Numbered from the stretch's first letter, positions 10,242-24,340 are shown. The stretch is DNA of 64,000 nucleotides from Nemertoderma westbladi (GCA_032718475.1 JAUCBJ010007667.1:62001-126000); one strand, 5' to 3'. The notes: generated from the sequence alone by a model not told the origin. A program made the numbers and translations.

Positions 10242-12611
10242 GGGACCTAAAGCTCACAATGACCTAACGCACCTGGGACCTAACGCTACCTGGGACCTAA
10301 CGCCCCATGGGACCTAACCCAACTGGGACCTAACGCACCTGGGATCTAACGCACCTGGGACCTAACGCACCTGGGACCTAACGCACCTGGGATCTAACGC
10401 ACCTGGGACCTAACGCACCTGGGACCTAACGCTACCTGGGACCTAACGCCCCATGGGACCTAACCCAACTGGGACCTAACGCTACCTGGGACCTAACGCC
10501 CCATGGGACCTAACCCAACTGGGACCTAACGCACCTGGGATCTAACGCACCTGGGACCTAACGCACCTGGGACCTAACGCACCTGGGATCTAACGCACCT
10601 GGGACCGAACGCACCTGGGACCTAACGCTACTGGGACCTAACGCACCTGGGACCTAACGCCCCATGGGACCTAACGCACCTGGGACCTAACGCACCTGGG
10701 ACCTAACGCCCCATGGGACCTAACGCACCTGGGACCTAACGCACCTGGGACCTAACGCCCCATGGGACCTAACGCACCTGGAAACTAACGCACCTGGGAC
10801 CTAACGCTACGGGGACCTAACGCACCTGGGACCTAACGCCCCATGGGACCTAACGCACCTGGGACCTAACGCACCTGGGACCTAACGCCCCATGGGACCT
10901 AACGCACCTGGAACCTAACGCACCTGGGACCTAACGCCCCATGGGACCTAACGCACCTGGGACCTAACGCACCTGGGACCTAACGCCCCATGGGACCTAA
11001 CGCACCTGGAACCTAACGCACCTGGGACCTAACGCTACCTGGGACCTAACGCACCTGGGACCTAACGCTACCTGGGACCTAATGCACCTGGGACCTAACG
11101 CACCTGGGACCTAACGCCCCATGGGACCTAACGCCCCATGGGACCTAACGCACCTGGGACCTAACGCACCTGGGACCTAACGCCCCATGGGACCTAACGC
11201 ACCTGGAACCTAACGCACCTGGGACCTAACGCTACCTGGGACCTAACGCACCTGGGACCTAACGCTACCTGGGACCTAATGCACCTGGGACCTAACGCAC
11301 CTGGGACCTAACGCCCCATGGGACCTAACGCACCTGGAACCTAACGCACCTGGGACCTAACGCTACCTGGGACCTAACGAACCTGGGACCTAGCGAATCT
11401 GGGACCTAACGCTACCTGGGACCTAACGCTACCTGGGACCTAACGCATCTGGGACCTAACGCTACCTGGGACCTAACGCATCTGGGACCTAACGCTACCT
11501 GGGACCTAACGCCCCATGGGACCTAACGCTATTCGGACCTAACGCTACTGGGACCTAACGCTATTCGGACCTAACGCTACTGGGACCTAACGCTCCTGGG
11601 ACCTAACGCTCCTGGGACCTAACGCTCCTGGGACCTAACGCTCCTGGGACCTAAAGCTCATTGCGGAGGGACTTCATGCCCCATGGGACCTAACGCTACT
11701 GGGACCTAACGCCCCATGGGACCTAACGCTATTCGGACCTAACGCTACTGGGACCTAACGCCCCATGGGACCTAACGCCCCATGTGACCTATCGCTACTG
11801 GGACCTAACGCCCCATGAGACCTAACGCCCCCATGGGACATAACGCCCCATGGGACCTAACGCTATTGGGACCTAACGCTACTGGGACCTAACGCCCCAT
11901 GGGACCTAACGCCCCATGGGACCTAACGCCCCATGGGACCTAACGCCCCATGGGACCTAACGCCCCATGGGACCTAACGCTACTGGGACCTAACGCCCCA
12001 TGGGACCTAACGCTATTGGGACTTAACGCTACTGGGACCTAACCCACCATGGGACCTAACGCTACTGGGACCTAACGCCCCATGGGACCTAACGCTATTG
12101 GGACCTAACGCTACTGGGACCTAACGCCCCATGGGACCTAACACTACTGGGACCTAACGCCCCATGTGACCTAACGCCCCATGGGACCTAACGCCCCATG
12201 GGACCTAACGCCCCATGGGACCTAACGCTATTGGGACCTAACGCTACTGGGACCTAACGCCCCATGGGACCTAACCCTGGGACCTAACCCCCCATGGGAC
12301 CTAACACTACTGGGACCTAACGACCCATGGGACCTAACGCCCCATGGGACCTAACGCTATTGGGACCTAACGCTACTGGGACCTAACGCACCATGGGACC
12401 TAACCCTGGGACCAAACACCCCATGGGACCTAACGCTATTGGGACCTAACCCCTCATGGGACCTAACACTGGGACCTAACGCCCCATGGGACCTAACGCT
12501 ATTGGGACCTAACCCCCCATGGGACCTAACACTGGGACCTAACGCCCCATGGGACCTAACGCTATTGGGACCTAACGTTACTGGGACCTAACGCCCCATG
12601 GGACCTAACGC
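10242..12611. repeat. Minisatellite of 16-17-bp units GGGACCTAACGC(ACCT/CCCAT/TACT/TACCT/TATT), about 140 copies
   Basis: Directly visible tandem array with a constant core and a variable tail. Confidence 0.98.
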
Positions 12612-15600
12612 AGCACAATCTGCAATTTGCCATCTGTTTTCCGTCAGAGGCTGAAGTGATAGAATTGTGTCATTTGGTAACAATTTGGAAATGAATTAAA
12701 AAAAGTATCATAAACGGGAATAATAAGTTGCTGATATGGTAATTAAATGCATAAATAATTCGAACTCACAGTACAACCACACGTGCTCGGAATATATAAA
12801 AGATTGTGGTTTGGATTTACTTACTTACTATCAAATCGACTTATAATTACAGATGCGTTAAACGGCTTGATACTATGATACTAAACCTTGGAACGCCAGG
12901 TGGCTACGTCTACAAGCACAACACCAACAGTGCTAGTGCACACAAACACATACTGAATTATATATATCATTATAATCCATTAAAAATATTTTATAACTTT
13001 TACTATTTAAACTAATAACTAGCAGATAGCACCTATGAGTTATCAGTTGGTCATTACTAGAAGTATTGAAGTGGATATTATCCTATTAAGTAGGATATTT
13101 TTTGGACCCCAAGGATCAACATTTATTAGATTACGACTGAGATGGGGTTATGGTTACATGACAGATGTAATTAGAATTGAGACATACCCTATAACCAAAA
13201 TAATAAAGCTATAATTCTATATTTGATACGCACGAGTTGTTAATAAGCCAAGATGACCTGAGTCATGTATAAGGGTAGGTCGTCAGGACATAATTTGTAC
13301 TGTTACTTAGGGCAGCGAGGATTGGAGAATTTCGTCAACGGATGAAGCGATAATACAAGATAAATATAACAAAACAACCCGACCCTATTTATATTGCTTG
13401 CTTACTCTTTATGCCTTAAGCATCTTATACCATCAATAAGGTAGTTAGTTATAGGGAGTGAACATTGAACATCTGCAGTAACTCAAGTGTAAAAAGGGGC
13501 AGTCCCAAATAATACCTAAGATTCTAAGAATGCTTTAACATCAATTATTTATACTTGAATTACAAAATATATAACGAAAAACCTAATAATGGCCTAAGTG
13601 AGGCGTTTTCGGTTATGCCAGGCCGATTTCCAATAAATAATTAACATGTAGACATAGGTTGTAAGCGGGAGGTCAGATCGGGCCAGTACCACAGGCCAAG
13701 AGGACCACTTAATGTCATTATCCATTAGCCAACTCAAGTGGATCGCATGTTCTATTCCTACAACATTTCTCAAACCCGTAAAAACCTCACAATAATGTTA
13801 AGGTTGCGTTATATATTGATGCAGTAAAACACCTAGTGCTATGAAGGTAATATGCCAGGGGGTACATACGAGGTCCCAAGACAACCTAAAAAATAATTCA
13901 AATAGGCCAATATATCCCCCCCCCCCCCCCCCTCCTCTCCCAAGGCAATTACCGCAGAATGTAAAGTAACCTAATTCCAACGCGGAATTAGCGAATGTAA
14001 TTTACTTGGTTGGTTATTAATCGAGGTTATAAGGGCCACGCCCCATTGTGTAGCAGCGGGGCGGGTTCACCACCAAGGGATGCCTCCCTCTAAATCGGAC
14101 AAACAAAGGAAATGACAGCGCGGTTTTAGGAATTAATGAGCCGTGGCAAAGACAAACTCTCTAATGACCACAGTGGATGAGGGAGCTTAACAAAGGCCGG
14201 GGCGGAGTATTACGTATTATAGAGCCAATAGCTTGTTATGCACAGAGAGAGAGAGAGAGGCACAATAGGGGTCTGATTGACAGCCCCAACAATAGTCCTT
14301 GGAAATTGGATGTCCTTGTCCTTGGGCAACAAGTATTCAGGTCCAATCCCTACCTAACTGCGGGATGGATAGAACGTAACAATAGCCCTTTCAATCTCCG
14401 TAGCTCATTACTAGTTGAGTATATTGTGATTCTATAGCTAGGCGGGGTACAATAGCTGTTTGTTACTCAGAGGAACGTAGAACAGCTAACCGTTACACAG
14501 TAACTATTATCATTCTTCTACAATACGCCCCCCGAACTCTCACTGCTGTCCATCACTGCCACTCAATAGATTTTAGGAAATGAGTTTCGCGACACCGCAT
14601 TGAACGTGTGCTCTGCAACTTCCACGGTAACTTAATGGGACCCCAGATTGCTCGCCCATATTGATTCACGCTATTCGTATGCGGAAACTCGATTCTATTG
14701 AAATATAACAACAGAAATCCTGGCAGTACAAAACACACACGCATGACTTCACAACCAACAGATAAAAAAACAATCTTAATGTAAAACGCCGAAAAAACAC
14801 AATCGAACTCATGACAATACACACTCCTGCGCAGACCTTCGTATTGTCGTATAAACTATACGACTTCATATAGTTCATAACATATTATATGCACAATGTT
14901 CATAAGAGAGATTCATTGATTATCCGCGTTTTGCCGTACAGATCCAACATCTGTTAGATTTAGGATTTAGCACCACTTTCATTTGGTTTAGTTACGGCGA
15001 CAGTGCGGAGTGGATTATCATCATATTATTATAGGCCAGAAACGCGCCGCAGACGACAAGCCTATAATTGAATCATTGATTCTCAAGTCTCAAGAACTTG
15101 CATCATGACGCCGCATAGCCATAGGGGCGTACGTTCTTAAGATATTGGCAAGGCGAACCATATAGTAGGATTCTCACACCGTCCAACGTGCGGTACGCTA
15201 AACCGATACAAAGGAAAGAGAGAAAGACGAATGCGTAATACAATAAAACAAACCACTGCTAACCCAAGCAGAAAGAGAGCCCAGCCCGCCTCAAGGGCAG
15301 CATCCAATACGGGAAAATAATTAAACAAAGTGGACCCTCTAAGTCGGAGTAATACGAATGATACCGCGAGACAGATAATACTAATATAGGGGCATTCCAG
15401 CTCTCTCTCGCGCACAGTGTAACCGCAGACACAATGGGACCCGTATCTAAACAAACGCGGTACGTGACTGAGATAAGGAAACTCTAGAAATATAGTGAGA
15501 TACTGCCAACCCAAAAGCAGAGGTAATCCAACGCCAATACCATCGCTTAACGCACTGCGAGGCATCTAACTCAGGGTAGTGAGTGAGAGGGTCCTTTGTC

Positions 15601-18234
15601 ATATGGAGCTTCAGTTAAGGTTGAGTTGGTTACTTCGGTAACAATTAAACCAAATACAACGGAGTTACCAAACGCGTATAAATTTACATTATTGTGTAGT
15701 CAGATAGGAATGGGATGTCCGAAGGGAAGTTGGAATTACAGAAAGTGACAAAGCAATTTTACTTGGGTAATAGGAACAACGGGTATGTATAGGAGGGAGT
15801 TAGAGCTGAAAAACAATAAATTATAATCAAGAAAAATAATGTTTAATTATTAATATTTTGCAGATTCAAGTCCTTATTATAAGGAAAATGAATTAATTTT
15901 TGGAATTTCATTGTTTCTATCACAATCAGCAAATTTTGATACCTATACTGCGATAATGAAAAGGATATCGTTCGAATGGAACTAAAAAACACGTCAGGGA
16001 GTGTGATAAAATATGAGCAAATCCTAATATGTTTTACATAAGGTCTTAAATAAAGCGAAACATTACTCACTACAATGGTAAGAGCAGAAAAAAACAGCCA
16101 AAACTTAATCAAAACAAACTCTTGTTAAACAATAAGAGTTCCTGTCAGTTTTAAATCAAACACAATGGGAACAATCAAACGTAATGGTGACTAATACTAC
16201 TTATGGGCTACTCGTCGAAACGAAAATAATGATCACCTTGCTGTCAATCATTCAAGAAATAAAACCACAACAATATACAATCAGGAATCCAATCAACAAT
16301 CTTACCCTAATCCCGGAATTATCCATTATAAGTAGAACTGCCCAATCCTCCATCGAACTATATATAACAATGAACTACAGTAAACCATTATTACCCTAAT
16401 AAAAAACATACGTCTAAAACTCCGGCCCATGAAAGATCTATGAACATAACCCTGACGCCAACACGCTAGAACAATCATGGAACACACCATGTAAGGACAT
16501 TCATAAAGTAAGGCCCCTGTTTACACGCTATATAGAACAATTGAACACGCAATATAAGGTTTCTATGAAGTGTAAACAAAGCAATTACTAATCGCTAAAG
16601 ATCAGATAAGCAATACAAATAATAGTGATTATACTTAGATTCTTACATAAACAGTTCATTAAATAAATCACACACGCGCGCAGGAGGTCATTATCTTTAT
16701 GAGAGAGGCTCGCATCACAGTCGAATTCCCACGGTGTCGGCAGTGAAACAAACAATTTCGGTGTGTGTGTGTGTGTGTCTGCTTCAAGGACTCGAGCAGC
16801 TAAGGGCCAGCAGAGAGGGTACAATGGGCAAGGGGGAGGAGGTAATTTGTGATTTTGTGACTAACGCCATTAATATTAAGAAAGTAAGAACGATCTTTCA
16901 TCAGGTAAGATCGGATGGTTCGGATGCACACAATAACCGCGTACCGTCCACTCGTAGATATCCCATATGTTTGTCTATGGAGGGGAGGCTGGGGGGCATG
17001 CATAAGGGCGTTAGGGCAACGTTAGAAGGGCGCGGCCCTGAGATCTATTTGTCCGGGCCCCTCCGATATCTCTATCCGATACACGACATGTGGAGACAAT
17101 ATCTATTGTAAGTTACCATGAGTATTATATACGAATGGGGAATATAAAAGGTGGTAAAGCAACTGCGAATAGAGAATGTAATGGAGGGATATGTCAGTCA
17201 TGATGGCGGCAAGGTTTGGGTGCTAACTGGGCATCAAATAAGTCAATAGTTAGATATAGAATGAGTATATAGTATGTGTGTAGGACGTAGGTAGCTGTGT
17301 GGCCATCATCCCATTAATTGGTGTAGATATAGTGAGTAGCCTGTCAATCACTCAAGGCTACAATAAGAGTAGATGGAGTCAATTATCTCCGTCCCAGTCA
17401 CCACCAGTTGGTGTGGCACTGGACTACTGAATGTGAGTCAGCGTTGGAATGCTGTAGGTGTGAGAACTAATAACTACTTTATTACCCTACCGCCCGCCTT
17501 TGAATCAACAATAAACTGAATCAAATAGCTAGACGGTATATAAAACACTGCGGGTAAAATGATTGTGGGATGGACAGTAATGGCATAAACACTTCAAAAA
17601 AACCCGCGTCAATACTTCAAAATAAAATGATAAGGTTTAGAGAGTAGAGTTACTAAACAATTTAAACTGTCAGTAGTTTCTATTGTATTCGGTTTTAAGC
17701 GATTTAATCGTAGCGCGTAGCGTAGGCAACATGGATTATAGATAAAGATACTGCGGTGGTGGTGGAGGGACGCGGGTCAAACACGTCAGATATTGGAAAC
17801 CAATAGATACCGATACCGATAGATGCATAAAGTAAAAGAAACGCGATTGTATAAAAGTTATATTTATCATCGTTCATTTTTCAAGCTCAACCAAATAGAA
17901 CTTTGTATTGTAACGGTAAATGTAACTTTTTGACGGATCCAGCTGATTGGATGTTCTTATTTCTCACGCGTGTTTGTTTGTGTGTGTGTTCGTTTGTTTG
18001 TATGTTTGTTTGTTTGTTTGCACACACAAATTCTTGCACTTAATGCTAAACTTTTGATGGACTGACTGACTATACACACACATACATAACTATACGACAT
18101 CTGGTATAACTTTATTAATGATTGATTGAGTTAACCTTTTAGTACTAAAAGGAATATCTACCTCCTAGGGTCTATCTATAATCAATATGCTGCAGTGCAG
18201 CTGCATTAAATGTTATAAACAAAAATAAACTCAC

Positions 18235-18316
18235 CTTCCTTATGTTTTACAATGCCTGTCCGGTTGCTTTCGGTTATATATAAACCATATAACCTCTTTA
18301 AAATGTCGTTGTTAAC
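18235..18316 (-). other. Candidate 82-bp spliced exon (possibly striatin 5' UTR)
   Basis: Strong acceptor TTTTTTCAATTATCTCCTTTGCAG|G and consensus donor AAG|GTGAGT on the striatin strand. Striatin's first coding exon has an acceptor that needs an upstream exon. Confidence 0.4.
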
Positions 18317-19689
18317 CTGCAAAGGAGATAATTGAAAAAAACATTAGACATACTGAGTTATTGAAATATAAAGAAAGTTATCGTAGCTAAGTAGAAATCA
18401 CCAATACCTACAGCACTTAAAAAAACCGGTAATCCACCCCTTTACCATTACAGACTAAGCTGAAATAACATTAAATAATCATAAGATGGAATAGATGGAA
18501 AAGCACTGCCAAAGTCGAGATATAGAGGCAGAGGGTTGGGTGCAATCTGCGTCATCTCCGTTCAATCATTTGGGTGCGTCCAACCTTCGCCCGATTGGGG
18601 GAAAGGAGCAGGTTACAGACACGATAGGTTACAGAGACGAATTTTTCTAACCCAAAAAAAATAAACGAGGTTGTTAGCACTCAATTTGAGGGCGAATATT
18701 GCTCGCGGGCGAAATTTGCTGTAGAGTTGACAAAAACATCTGAATTTCGTGATAATCGTGAATGTTCTAACGCCCAACGAAATCCAGATGTTTTTAAGTC
18801 AAAATTTCCGGTTCCAATAATATAAAAAAAAACGGATAAAGAGTAGTCTCTGTTAAAATGTGAGGATTGTGTGAGCGGTGGGAGGGGGAAGGGTGGGGGG
18901 GGGGGGGATATTTTAGCACTTTCAGCAGATAGTTAACACTCGTTGGAATTGAGCGACTCCATACACAAATAGTTAGGGAATAAATCATACCTTTGCTAGT
19001 CGCCAAAAAAGTTTCGCAGGCCGGGAATGTCGGACAGGGATGGACTACCTGGGTGTGTTAATCGATGAAGCACACATTCCTAACATTCACACTTCATCAG
19101 TAACATCATGGGAGTAGCGGGGGGTTGAGAAATATACTAGAAATTCTACAATCTTTTAGTATTAATAACCATATTAATATAATACAAGATAGGGGGGCTG
19201 CCATACCACATAGTTCCAGGCAAATACATTAATATCGATATTAATTGATCGGAATTATTGTCCTTGCGAGAGAATAGGGAAGCATGGCTGTCAATCTATA
19301 AGTGGTTCATTGGTATGGTGGGTAGTGTACCACATGGCACACCATCAATGCCTGTCAGTTAGATAGCCCTTGGCGACAAGATGTCTGGGGCCATCTGCTT
19401 CGTGAAGGACACACACACACTCACACCTACTAGACCACGCGTTCTATATCGCTCACAGTCGTTGAAGGCAATTGAGTGACACATTATCATATAAATGATT
19501 AGAAACTGAAATATTAATTATTAATGTGGTATTATTATATTATAATTCTTGAATCAATGATGGTTGAGACCGACGCCTCTACATTAGGTTCTGTGTCCGG
19601 GAATCGATCAAGAGACTCTCACAAACCGAGTGATCGCTATTAATTCCACTGATCTAACCGAACCGCTATACTTATGATCGAGATAGATC

Positions 19690-19730
19690 TACGGTCTCTG
19701 GTTCGAATCCTGGTTCTATCGTTAATTTTT
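19690..19730 (+). mobile_element. Pol III B-box remnant, possible old SINE
   Basis: GGTTCGAATCC at about 19700, followed by a T5 run; no complete cloverleaf. Confidence 0.3.
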
Positions 19731-21502
19731 CCAATAGTTTCGTATCGTTATGGTTCTTACATTGTTTACATAATAAAATATAATTAATCCGGCCATTAAA
19801 ATATATTTCTCGTAATCAGGAATCACTTAAAATAGAACGATGTGAAGGAAATGTCGCAAAATCTGATAAAAAGATTAATGAGTAATTGATAGACTACGAA
19901 ACCATTCACTATTTTGGTATATAATCTTGCTTCTAAACCCAATTATGCCAACGTGCGTTTCTGATGCCACACCCCAACCACCTAGAGAGAAAGATTGTTT
20001 ACCAAAAGGTCATAATCACTACTGTAGGTAGGCGGGAAATTATTCAGAGAAAAAAAAAGAGAAAAACAAAAAATATAGCTGAATTTGCGCTGCACACGGG
20101 GTGTCCTGCCTGTTTAAAAGGTGTCCTAGGGTAGTTGTCTGTGATAGAGATAAGGGATCTACACTAGACAATCTACTCATATCGGACAATATACGCTGTG
20201 CAGATCACCTGTCAATCACGCAAACTTACAACCAATCAACGGCCGTCCTGCTGTGAGTGGCGGTCTGTAACGACACAGAGGTTCCTATCAATAACTTAGG
20301 GTTTCTGGGTGGCAACTACAAACTTAAACCATTCCCAAGGTATCTAAGTAAGGGCGATAGAATATGCCGATATTGAATGTGTCCGGAATTTGGCATGAAT
20401 AATGTTAAATGAAAGATGACTGACTGTGTATGTACAGTATTATAAATTACATTTTATAAGCGTAGTCTATAATTGAGTTTATAATATGTTTGGCTTTGGC
20501 CTTGTTCATTGGTTCATGTGTTAGATGCGGTAGTACGCAAAGCGGTTCAAATGTTTCTAATCGGAGCCAAAATTAGGTATCTGATGTGCCGAGACGCCGT
20601 CTAAAATTAGGTGTGTTCTCAGAGTTGCGTATACAGTATACACTTACTCTTAACAACGTGTGTTTGGTTTGTGTGCATCTGTAAGGTAAGTACTACTTAC
20701 AATCACTATGTACGTACGTACGCGCAGTATACACCGAAATCTGTTACGTTAAGAGCGCACTGTCATTCAAATTTAAAACTATAATTTGAAAATGAGTGAA
20801 TTGCATGGCCTGCTCAATGCTCACGCGCACGCCGCTCCACACATCCTCTTAAATTTCCCTTAAAATAGAAACTGGAGAGATACATAGCCAAAGTAATAAA
20901 AATTAGTCTTTGTAACACTTTCTAACAGTTCACTAAAATTAGTGTTATAGAATCTCACTAAATCGATATATAAGGTACCGGTAGTTAATGTCAATAATAC
21001 TAGCGAACGAACTTGTTACTTTTAATAAAGTTCCCTTTGCACGATCAAAGTCAGATTCCTAGGTTTTTCCCGACAATAATAGAGCGGCTTTTGAAAATAA
21101 TCAAGCTGATAAGCGGATAGAGAGGGGAAGGTTTCTTGGTTAACTAGCCGGTAGAAAGAGAGAATAACTGAAGAGATACATGTCTGTCTCACTGCCTGTA
21201 GAAGTTATATTCGTTTTTCATAGACCAGTTCTAGAAGTTTAAGTTGAAGGAAGTATATAAAGTGTTGCCGAGAAATAAACACACAAATACTAGCCTGAAA
21301 GACTAACCGGCCGACCGATTAAAAGGTATAATAAAGTTAATTCAATTACCGTTAGTCAGGGAATTCCTGTCTCAGTTTTCGATGACTTATTTACAGTGCT
21401 GTCCGTCCACCAAACACTATACCGGTATATACTATACAAGAAGAAACTGGTACTCGTTCAGCTACATTCTAAAAATGCAATGGAGAGATGCGCCCTTGTG
21501 AA

Positions 21503-21550
21503 ATCCCCGAGTGGGGATCGAACACACGATCTCCGGACCACTACGCCAAG
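21503..21550 (-). mobile_element. Degenerate tRNA-derived (SINE-like) remnant
   Basis: Minus strand shows an A box TGGCGTAGTGG and a B-box-like GTTCGATCC; the anticodon arm is missing. Confidence 0.45.
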
Positions 21551-21632
21551 GTGGAACTTTTTAATTATTATTTAAACTTTACGGTTGAAATAGTAGACCT
21601 ATATTTGCTAGGGCTACATAGTTAGCTATCTT

Positions 21633-22638
21633 TAGAGTTGCAACAGAGACCTGTTTTTATTAATCCCGGTAAACCAGAGCCCTACCCGGAGAATTATTTT
21701 GAAAAATACCGGAGACCAGAGCCAGAGATCAGAGACTTTGCTTATTTTTCTACTTACAATTTGATTACTCCCCTATACAAACAGGTACATACGGCCTTAG
21801 AACTATTTTTCTATGGTTCAATTACAGTAAATCCAACCCATTTCAACCCTTACCCATTGTAAGAAAATAATCGCACGTATGCACAATCGCTTAATTAATA
21901 TTAATTTGGTTATTTGTTTATTAATTCGTTTTATTTTGATATTGTTAATAATATGTTACATAATTTTGTTTTGCGCCATAGGTACCGGTACTTTGTTAAT
22001 TAAAGGCAATTATTTTACAATTATTGTTCAAATCATATGCATTTCAATATACTATAAACTTAGTCATTTACGAATACTTAGTGCACAGGTATAGTGCTCT
22101 ACTCGCCACATTTACAAGCCTCGTTACGCTCGTTCTCTCCATTTGGTCGTCATATTATCTATCCCATAACAAATTGAATGGAGATCAGCCCTTTCTTTCA
22201 CTTTTAAACATTATGGGTGCTCAAATTAAGCGCCCTTATCCTTAAATAAGAACCGTCTTTAGGTGCTAATTTAAATTAAAATTAAACGCACCTTAGATTA
22301 ATTAAATAGGCCTAGAAGATTATCGGTACATTTATTAGAAATAGCCATGAAATAGCGTAAAAGTGAATATATAATTTTGTTGAAGCGGTGTATGAAAAAC
22401 AGTTAAAAATTAAGGAAATAATTAATTGTAAAAAATTTGTGAAAAATAATCTTCATTTCACATTTTGTGTTGTACAGGATCTATTTTTAAATAACTATTT
22501 CTAATTTGTAAAATCACTGATCTCTGGGTAAAATGTCTGTTTTCAATACCCGGGAACCAGAGAACTATCCAGAGACCAAAAAACTGCCCGGAGAATCCAG
22601 AGAACAGAGATCAGTGACAAGTCTCTGTTTCAACTCTA
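21633..22638. mobile_element. Non-autonomous hAT-like DNA transposon (about 1 kb)
   Basis: 22-bp TIRs TAGAGTTGCAACAGAGACCTGT / ACAAGTCTCTGTTTCAACTCTA (2 mismatches); exact 8-bp TSD GCTATCTT at 21625-21632 and 22639-22646; CCAGAG-rich subterminal repeats; AT-rich non-coding interior. Confidence 0.88.
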
Positions 22639-23689
22639 GCTATCTTATTGACTTAATTTGGGGCGGAGATGCGTAGGCCTATTACGCAATATGTAAAAAC
22701 GACCACATCCATAAACGCTTCACAAATAATGCACTAAACACCACAAATGTTGCCCAATTAATTGCAGAAACAAAGATAAACTCGTCTTGTAGTTCGGTAC
22801 GCACTAAACGTACATACAAAACATACATCGGCCACATAGCTGGGAACGCCGGGTGATCCGATCCCACAACACAATACCACAGTTCGATAATTAACCACAA
22901 TTCTTATGCACAATCAAGGTCAGGGCCTCCTCTGAATGGCTAAGACAGGGGGGGGGGGGGGGGGGGGCTCGATGCAAAACCCGCCTTGGCGAATTAATAT
23001 CCCGCCTCAATGTTAAATTCTCAATTTAGGGAAAGGAGCAGGTTACAGTGGCACGTTATTTTAACCAAAACACTAAACTAAACAGAATATAACAGGTTAC
23101 AGTTTTATTTTTTGAGAATAATCATCTGTTATTTACGTCGAATTTCCCCTGGAGAGGGATTAATTTTTATTGCGTTCAGTCCCCCCCCCCCCCCCCCCCC
23201 CCTATCTGGAATGGCTAGACAGCGGTGGTGCTTGCTGCTGCTACCATTACAACTTGTTTGTGTAATGTAATGCAATGCAAATTAATATTATCAGTGTCTT
23301 TCACCAGACAGTTCAGTAATGTCAATATGGTTGATTATCAGGATTCATCTCGCCTGCCGGCTACCAAAGAACAATATCATGCACAAACTGATTAGTTCTA
23401 CGATAGCAGATGTTCGCATTGTCTGCAGGGTTGCCGACCTGTCGTCTTAGTCATTTCTCGGTCCTAACAATTCCTCATTTGTTAAACAGTGAGCATTGTA
23501 TTTCATGCCATGAACCACGCGCTCCGCAGCTTCCTGGTGTCAGCTACAGTAAGATTCAAGCAGTCGCTGCCATATAGCAGTACATGCTCTACTGCTGTCC
23601 GAAATAAATTTACCCTCAGACAATATTTGTCTGAGTAATTCCATAGTTTATTTATTGCAGACCACGCCTTGCCCTTTCGTATTCGGAGG

Positions 23690-24340
23690 TCGTCAGCATC
23701 TCTCTGAATCCAAGACCCTATAGCAGAAGTGTTCTATGTGACCATAACCACGCTGTCCCACAATTGAATATACTGATGGTCAATGATCTGCTTTTGGAGG
23801 AATCAGAGTTTTTGTGAACAGGCTGGTCCTCACTGCGAAAGTAATTCCAGCGAAGCGGAAGCGCCTCTGTTCAAGTCTCAAGCTTGTGGTAACCAATGAA
23901 ACACCACCAATGTTGCAGAGTGTGATTGGAAATGTGTGTATTGTTCTTTGACACAGTGAACCCGGCGTAGCATTCTTGTGCCATGACGTGCCCCCTGAGG
24001 CGTAATTCCTGAGTGTTTGGAGCTCATTCACCCCATTATTGTGGAAATGTATAGGACAAAGAGAGACCCCCAAGAACTGAAAACAAATAAGGTGGTTCCA
24101 GTGGCCAGCCCCAAAGAAGGGCAACCTAACAACCCGTGGATCTTTTCGTGGAATCTCGATTGCTTCATAGCTTTAAAACATAATTATATTAATTCGCACC
24201 CAGGGATCCTGTTGAGAGACTGTTACGTGGGAACCAACATGGTTTTCGGTAAAGGTCGTGGCACCATGGAGCATATTCTGGCATTTAGACAGATAATCGA
24301 GAGTTATCCATAAATAAAGACAGATGACTAGCTATTATCT
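23690..24340. mobile_element. Degenerate RTE LINE fragments in opposite orientations
   Basis: Minus strand ...NIGGVSLVTTSLRLEQRRFRFAG and plus strand ...FGKGRGTMEHILAFRQIIE match the larger RTE copy. Confidence 0.75.

Noticed and set aside
10242-12611. Interstitial telomere
   Set aside because: TTAGG occurs only once per 16-17-bp unit, not as a tandem telomeric repeat.
18235-18316. Acyl-CoA-binding-protein-like LYGLY motif in the orphan exon
   Set aside because: The following KQATxG is absent and no partner exons were found; likely chance.
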